Shown piece by piece: positions 50,935 to 55,619 of a stretch of DNA of 55,619 bases (position 1 is the first letter of the stretch; the number at the start of each line of letters is the position of its first letter). The notes below the pieces were generated by a model, which had not been told where the DNA came from, made no database searches, and worked only from the letters and a program-made list of their open reading frames with translations. This stretch comes from Candidatus Bathyarchaeota archaeon (lineage in GTDB: Archaea; Thermoproteota; Bathyarchaeia; Bathyarchaeales; Bathycorpusculaceae). The position numbers and the translations under genes were made by a program. The stretch is from contig CAVYRJ010000010.1 of assembly GCA_963770935.1 (NCBI GenBank), forward strand, positions 1 through 55,619. The letters run 5' to 3'.

Positions 50935-51267
50935 GTATAAGTACCGAAATAAGGTTAAGACTACAGATAAATAAACTGCTCTAACTATAAATGAAATTTT
51001 AGTGTGAAGAAAATTAACTTAGGACATCCAGTTTTGTCCGGCTTTACGCTGCAGAAGTACGCGCTTCTCGTATGTGCGACGAGTTCTAGTTTTTGGACTT
51101 GGAGATGTTCTTTCTTTGCCCTGAATTTTTGGCGTTTGAGTGCGGACTTTTCCAGCTTTTGAGAGTGAACCGTGAGTTGGCATGCTTTATACCTTTTGCA
51201 CATAAAGCCAAAACGTTGCACTTAAACCTTTACCTCGCTACATTTTAGCGTTTAATGGCTACACTTT

Positions 51268-51624
51268 TTAGTTCCGATATCTTTTCGGTCGCCTGAAAAC
51301 GTGTGTTCCGTTGAACTCGTCGAATTTTTGAAAGCCCGCTTCTGCGAGGTGTTTGATTTCGTCAACTGTTGTGGCGATTGCTGCGTCGAAGCTTTGTGGG
51401 TCTTGAAAGTCGATTCTGTGGATGTATTTCATTGTGTTTTCGACTTGTTTTGTGGCGAAGGGCTTTCTTTACAGCTAAGACATTGCCTTGGTTATGTGTG
51501 CGAGCCATAAGCCGCCGAAGTGTCTGAAATTGAATGTTATGTTCAGTATTCTTGGGTTTTCAAGTTTATTGGCAATTCTGCTTCTTAGTATAGGCATGTT
51601 ATGGGCTAAATCAGTTTTATCCAT
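51268..51624 (-). pseudogene. C-terminal remnant of a tyrosine integrase
   Basis: Across frameshifts: R.RIANKLENPRIL.I..FRHFGG..LAH...VKKALRHK..ENTMKYIH...A.TVDEIK.L.EAGF.KFDEFNG.HVFRRPK; colinear with the C-terminus of the 54088 integrase. Confidence 0.75.
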
Positions 51625-51670
51625 GGTTATGGTTAACAAATATTTTATCACTTTCAAAGGATGCGAACTT

Positions 51671-51831
51671 ATGGCAAAATGTCCCAAGTTTGGAAAGAAG
51701 TTGCACCTAAAAAATCTTGGAAAATTGCTGGCATTCTTGATAAAACTGGCAAGAGGATGGCACTTACGATAGGTTTGTGCGAGTGCTATAGCAAAACCTT
51801 CAGGACCACAATCAGCAAGCAGAGAAACTGA
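51671..51831 (+). pseudogene. Cren7-like small chromatin/Zn-ribbon gene, frameshifted or degenerate
   Basis: With one indel: MAKCPKFGK-EVAPKKSWKIAGILDKTGKRMALTIGLCECYSKTFRTTISKQRN. Confidence 0.6.
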
Positions 51832-52159
51832 GTTGATGAAAAACTAAAACGTTTTTTTTCTTAAAATTAATCGTTTATCGAATATAGTCATGAATCTATC
51901 GAGTTTAGAATTTTAAGAATAGAGAAAGCTATTTTTCGGGTTTTCATCGAGTGTATAAATTCGTTTTTTGTATTGCTGTTGTACAGTTTGCTTTAAGCAT
52001 TGTAATTTCATTTTCCAACACTGTTTTACGTATTGAAATGTTTTTGTGTTGGACAGAGAGGCGGTTTTGGGCAATCTGGTATGCTTGGGCTATGTGCGAG
52101 GGTTTATTTGGTTAAATATGTAATACTAAGACGTAAGGAATGTATCTTAAAAAGATACA

Positions 52160-52591
52160 TTGTTTAAACGTACAACATATCAACAGGAGAAAAAACCAGA
52201 AATGATCAGCAACTATCAAAAAGAAGTTCAAACAAAACTCACTAAAACCCTCTTAGACACAATTATTCTTCAGTTCCTAAGCAAAGAGCCAATGCACGGA
52301 TACCAACTCATCACCTCTATCCGCAAAGGCTTCGGCATCTACTTCGGACCCAGCACCGTCTATCCGTTGTTGGGGCATCTTGAGAAGAAAGGCTACGTAA
52401 AAAGCATCTGGAACATGAATTCAGAAAGACCCAAAAAAGTATATAGTCTTACCGAGGACGGAAAAAGTCTTCTGAACTTTGCTGAAAGTTCACTTAACCT
52501 AATCTGCAAAGACATGGCGTCTGATAATATAGGAACAAAGTCATCGCAAATTTCAGCCAGACCTACGCTCCAAATAAGAACGCACCTTTGA
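52160..52591 (+). CDS. PadR family transcriptional regulator
   Basis: PMHGYQLI, GPSTVYPLL..LE..G, RPKKVYSLTEDG. Confidence 0.9.
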   Translation: MFKRTTYQQEKKPEMISNYQKEVQTKLTKTLLDTIILQFLSKEPMHGYQLITSIRKGFGIYFGPSTVYPLLGHLEKKGYVKSIWNMNSERPKKVYSLTEDGKSLLNFAESSLNLICKDMASDNIGTKSSQISARPTLQIRTHL

Positions 52592-52694
52592 ATGTATGCT
52601 GGCGAAAGTTTGACGTTCTATTGTCGTCAACATAGTATTTTGCCAAAGCGATTATTCATGAAGTTAGATCAAAAGTAGCTACTCGAATTTTCCG

Positions 52695-52847
52695 CTAAAT
52701 TAGGGCACTCCACTTTGTTTTGTTCTGCATAGCTGAAAGTTTAATTGAGCAATAGAAAAAGAAGTAAATCTTACATTTCATGCAGCAATAGAACCCGCCT
52801 CCTATGCATTTTCCGCAGGCGTCACAGAGTCTAGACAAATCAACCAT
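52695..52847 (-). CDS. 50-aa Cys-rich microprotein, possibly decayed
   Basis: AGGAGA ribosome-binding site; MVDLSRLCDACGKCIGGGFYCCMKCKIYFFFYCS... Confidence 0.45.
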   Translation of the reverse strand: MVDLSRLCDACGKCIGGGFYCCMKCKIYFFFYCSIKLSAMQNKTKWSALI

Positions 52848-52969
52848 GTTCTCCTAAATGAAATCTTGATGTTTAATCTAACGGGTAATTCTAGTAAGCT
52901 GTGTTATTGGTTAATTATTTAGCCAGCTAACAACAACCTAACTATCTATCCTAACGGAAAATGAAAACG

Positions 52970-53026
52970 GGGTTATGGTTAGTGAGTTTTCCGGGAGGAG
53001 AAGTGGACCGGTCACAACCATAACCC
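52970..53026. other. Strong intergenic stem-loop
   Basis: GGGTTATGGTT-A-GTGA ... TCAC-AACCATAACCC. Confidence 0.55.
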
Positions 53027-53189
53027 ATTTCTTAGTAAATTAAGTTAGCTAAAAGACTTGTTAAGAAGCAAAAATAACGAATTTGCGAATCTGACTTCGC
53101 AAGCTTTAGCGAAACCTTCTCAACAGAAAAACGAATTACTCTTCGCAAAAAACGTTATCTTGCATAGCGAGTAAAAAAACCCGATTAAG

Positions 53190-53447
53190 TTGACTGCAAC
53201 AAATGAAAATCAGCAAAAAAAGCAAATTATTTTAGAATGTATTAATGAAGAAATTCATGGAAAAATGCCAGTTTATAGCTGCTCATGTGGAGTTAAAATT
53301 CTAATCATTCCAGACTTATCTGAAATGACCAAAATTATAAAAAATCACGTAATTGAACATAAGAAGTTAAGTGGGCAAACCTTAACTGAGGATGATCTCA
53401 CACTGAAAATCTTATCAGTCATCATAGAAGCCATAAATGAACCTTAA
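53190..53447 (+). CDS. Small hypothetical protein with a CxC...HxxxH Zn-finger-like pattern
   Basis: CSCGVKILIIPDL..M...I.NH..EH. Confidence 0.6.
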   Translation: MTATNENQQKKQIILECINEEIHGKMPVYSCSCGVKILIIPDLSEMTKIIKNHVIEHKKLSGQTLTEDDLTLKILSVIIEAINEP

Positions 53448-53562
53448 ATCCATAACTAAAGAGGCAAACAAAATTCCTCTAATAATGTTAGGTCACAATG
53501 AAACTACTCTGATATAATTGGTTAAGATTGGAAAAAAAGAAAGATGGGTGTTTTCTGCAGTT

Positions 53563-53770
53563 TTACGGGCGCTTTCTAAGGATTATTATTCCGACTCTGG
53601 CGATAGCTACTATTATGGCAACTGTTGCACCAAGAAGGTACATTTCTATTGGAGACTGAGATGCTGCTGGTTGCTGAGTTGGTAGCGGTTGCTCATCATC
53701 AACAACTAGGGCGGTTTCTGCATATGAAGGCCAATAGGATTCGGAACCTTGGAAATTTGCGATGACACTG
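53563..53770 (-). pseudogene. Orphan C-terminal fragment of a cell-surface protein
   Basis: SVIANFQGSESYWPSYAETALVVD-linker-TM-RKRP*; in-frame stop upstream and no start codon. Confidence 0.6.
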
Positions 53771-53932
53771 AAAAAAGGGTAAAAGAGCTAATAGCCCAGG
53801 ATGTGGTTGTTGTTTTTTAGATAAGTTTTGATTGCCATAACGCTTTAAATTGCCATAATCAAGCCTACATCTATTGGCTGGGTAATGTATTTATCAGTAA
53901 AGGCAATTTGATTAACGGGAAGTCCGTTTTGT

Positions 53933-54020
53933 GCAGGGGTCGCCGAGCATGGTCAAAGGCGTAGGCTTCAGGAGCCTATCCTTCAGAGGTTCGTGGGTTC
54001 AAATCCCACCCCCTGCACCA
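53933..54020 (+). tRNA. tRNA-Leu(CAG), CCA encoded
   Basis: Acceptor GCAGGGG/CCCCTGC, anticodon arm TAGGC-TTCAGGA-GCCTA, long variable arm, T arm GTGGG-TTCAAAT-CCCAC, ACCA end. Confidence 0.95.
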
Positions 54021-54087
54021 TTTATAAGTAAAAGTAAGGGGGTGTAGAATGGCGATGCTTTTTAGTCGGTTTAATGTTTTCATGTTC

Positions 54088-55365
54088 TTATTTCCTTTTC
54101 TTGAATATTTTTGAGTCTTGAAAGTCAGTGACGTACTCGAATCCTGCCTCTATTAGAGCGCAGATTTCTTGTGCGGTTTTTGCGACTTTTGAGATGTATT
54201 CGTTTTCGCCCTGGAAGAGTGCTTCTTCGAGTTGAACGTATAGGAGTGTGTTTTTAATGTTTTTGTGTCCTAGCCGTTGCATGACGTAGTACATGTCTTT
54301 GGTTTCGTGGTAGAGCATAGTGCCTTTCCAGTATCTGAAGGTGTGGAAGTGAATTTTCATTAGTCTTTGGTTTTGTATTTTGTTTGCGGTGCGTCTTCGT
54401 TGGCGTTGGAAATTTACTGCGTAATTGTCGATTCTCATATGTGGAAATGAGAAGACTCTGTCGCCGTAGTTTTTTGGCAGGTGATCGAGCATTTCTAGGA
54501 GTTTGATGCTTAGGCGGGCGACGCGTGGGTTGCTGTTTTTTTCAGGTGTTATGTTTACGACTTTGCTTTCGAAGTCTACGTCGGTCCAGTTTAGTTGCCA
54601 GATTTCGCCGCATCTTGCACCAGTTTCTTTTAGTAGCGTTAGGAATGTTGCCATGCGTATGCTGCTGCCTGCGATGAGTTGGTCGATTTCGGCTTCTTTT
54701 GGAATGAAAGGAATTTTTCGTACGCTTTTGTAGACTGGGGGTTCCCATTCTCCGCCGACCATTTTTAGGAAGGAGGAGTAGGCGTCGACTGCGTTGCTTT
54801 TTTGGCCGTTGCACCATTTTTGTTCAGCGATAGTTTTCTTTAAGGATTCAGGGTCGTAGAGGTTTGCTCCGCGTTTTGCGAGTCTTCGTAATAGTTTAAC
54901 TCTTCCAAAGATTGTTGCTTCGCTTCTTCCGTTGCTTTTGAGCCAGATTGCATATTCAAGGATTTTTTGTTTGAATTCGCCAGTTTCGCTTCTCGGCAGA
55001 ACTTCAATTTGTTGTTCTGCTACCAAGTTTTTCGTCTCCGTGACGCATATTTGGCGAGTAGCTACTATGCCCTCTGGGGTTTTTAATAACTTCGTATCAA
55101 CTGTTCCAACAGTTTCAATGGCTTTTTTGGCTTTTTGAAGGTCATTTGGGTCTGAGAAGCGTAGGCCACAGTTTCTGCAGATCCAACGTTGGATTCTTTG
55201 GTCAAAAAAATATCGGCTTCCATCTCGCCAGACTTTTTTAGAGCGGCATTGTGGGCATAGGGGGCTGGTGCCGGTGGAGCCTTGGGCAGACTCCAACTTA
55301 CAAGAATTAAAACCGACTTTAGTGCCAAATACGTCTGGAGAAGGTTTCGATGTAAGCTCAGCCAT
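54088..55365 (-). mobile_element. Tyrosine recombinase/integrase with an N-terminal Zn ribbon, at the tRNA-Leu 3' end
   Basis: CPQC...CRNC; catalytic set TGAR, K, HTFR, LGH, Y. Confidence 0.92.
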
Positions 55366-55417
55366 TCCCTCCCACCTCTATGCTCCTGTTTTAGTTTTCC
55401 TTTGCGGTTTTGTGTGA

Positions 55418-55619
55418 GTCAAAAAAGAGGATTGTTTTGCCTTTGACGTCTTGCAGGTAGGTTACGGGAAACATTTGCCTAAAGAGGTCAACGGCCTCTT
55501 GGTTTTCAAAGATAGGATTTGCATACTCTGGTGCCTTGTCTAAGTGCTCTTTGCAAAATGGAGCGAACAGTCTTGTTATGCCACTTTGATAGTAAACGTA
55601 ACCTGTGTGCCCTGCAGGA
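55418..55619 (-). CDS. Partial hypothetical protein (runs off the window)
   Basis: Open frame ...PAGHTGYVYYQSGITRLFAPFCKEHLDK...KGKTILFF. Confidence 0.5.

Noticed and set aside
50985-51221. 78-aa basic ORF next to the integrase remnant
   Set aside because: No recognisable family or clear translation signals; probably decayed DNA.
53933-54020. tRNA-Sec, since the anticodon loop contains TCA and selD is in the window
   Set aside because: In the 7-nt loop TTCAGGA the anticodon (positions 3-5) is CAG; the 7-bp acceptor stem and normal D arm fit tRNA-Leu.

Overview
Archaeal chromosome segment, most likely Bathyarchaeia or a TACK relative. This is inferred from eL13/eL15, GatDE, Fwd, a stand-alone 5S rRNA and Cren7-like and Alba genes; no database search was run. 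Positions 1-19.2 kb form a Mo/W-Se cluster: fwdA/fwdC, fdhD, moeA, mobA, two mobB, modE, an ECF-type S component with a CCxxCC motif, three membrane-anchored sulfite-oxidase-fold proteins lacking the metal-ligating Cys, selD-double-cubane protein-tusA-dsrE-lysR and a WtpABC transporter. Recurring ModE-like and LysR-like operators are visible in this cluster. Positions 20-30 kb and 35.8-51 kb are mostly housekeeping genes. Positions 30.0-34.7 kb are an AT-rich island in which small unrelated genes are separated by at least 7 copies of a 17-bp palindrome (GGATTAAA-W-TTTAATCC). Two genes have their stop codon inside a copy, and one of them ends in a DGR-like variable region. Positions 51-55.6 kb are a tRNA-Leu(CAG) integration hotspot with an intact tyrosine integrase, an integrase remnant and decayed genes. 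About 20 single-base frameshifts, including ones in core genes, look like sequencing errors, so split ORFs are merged here.
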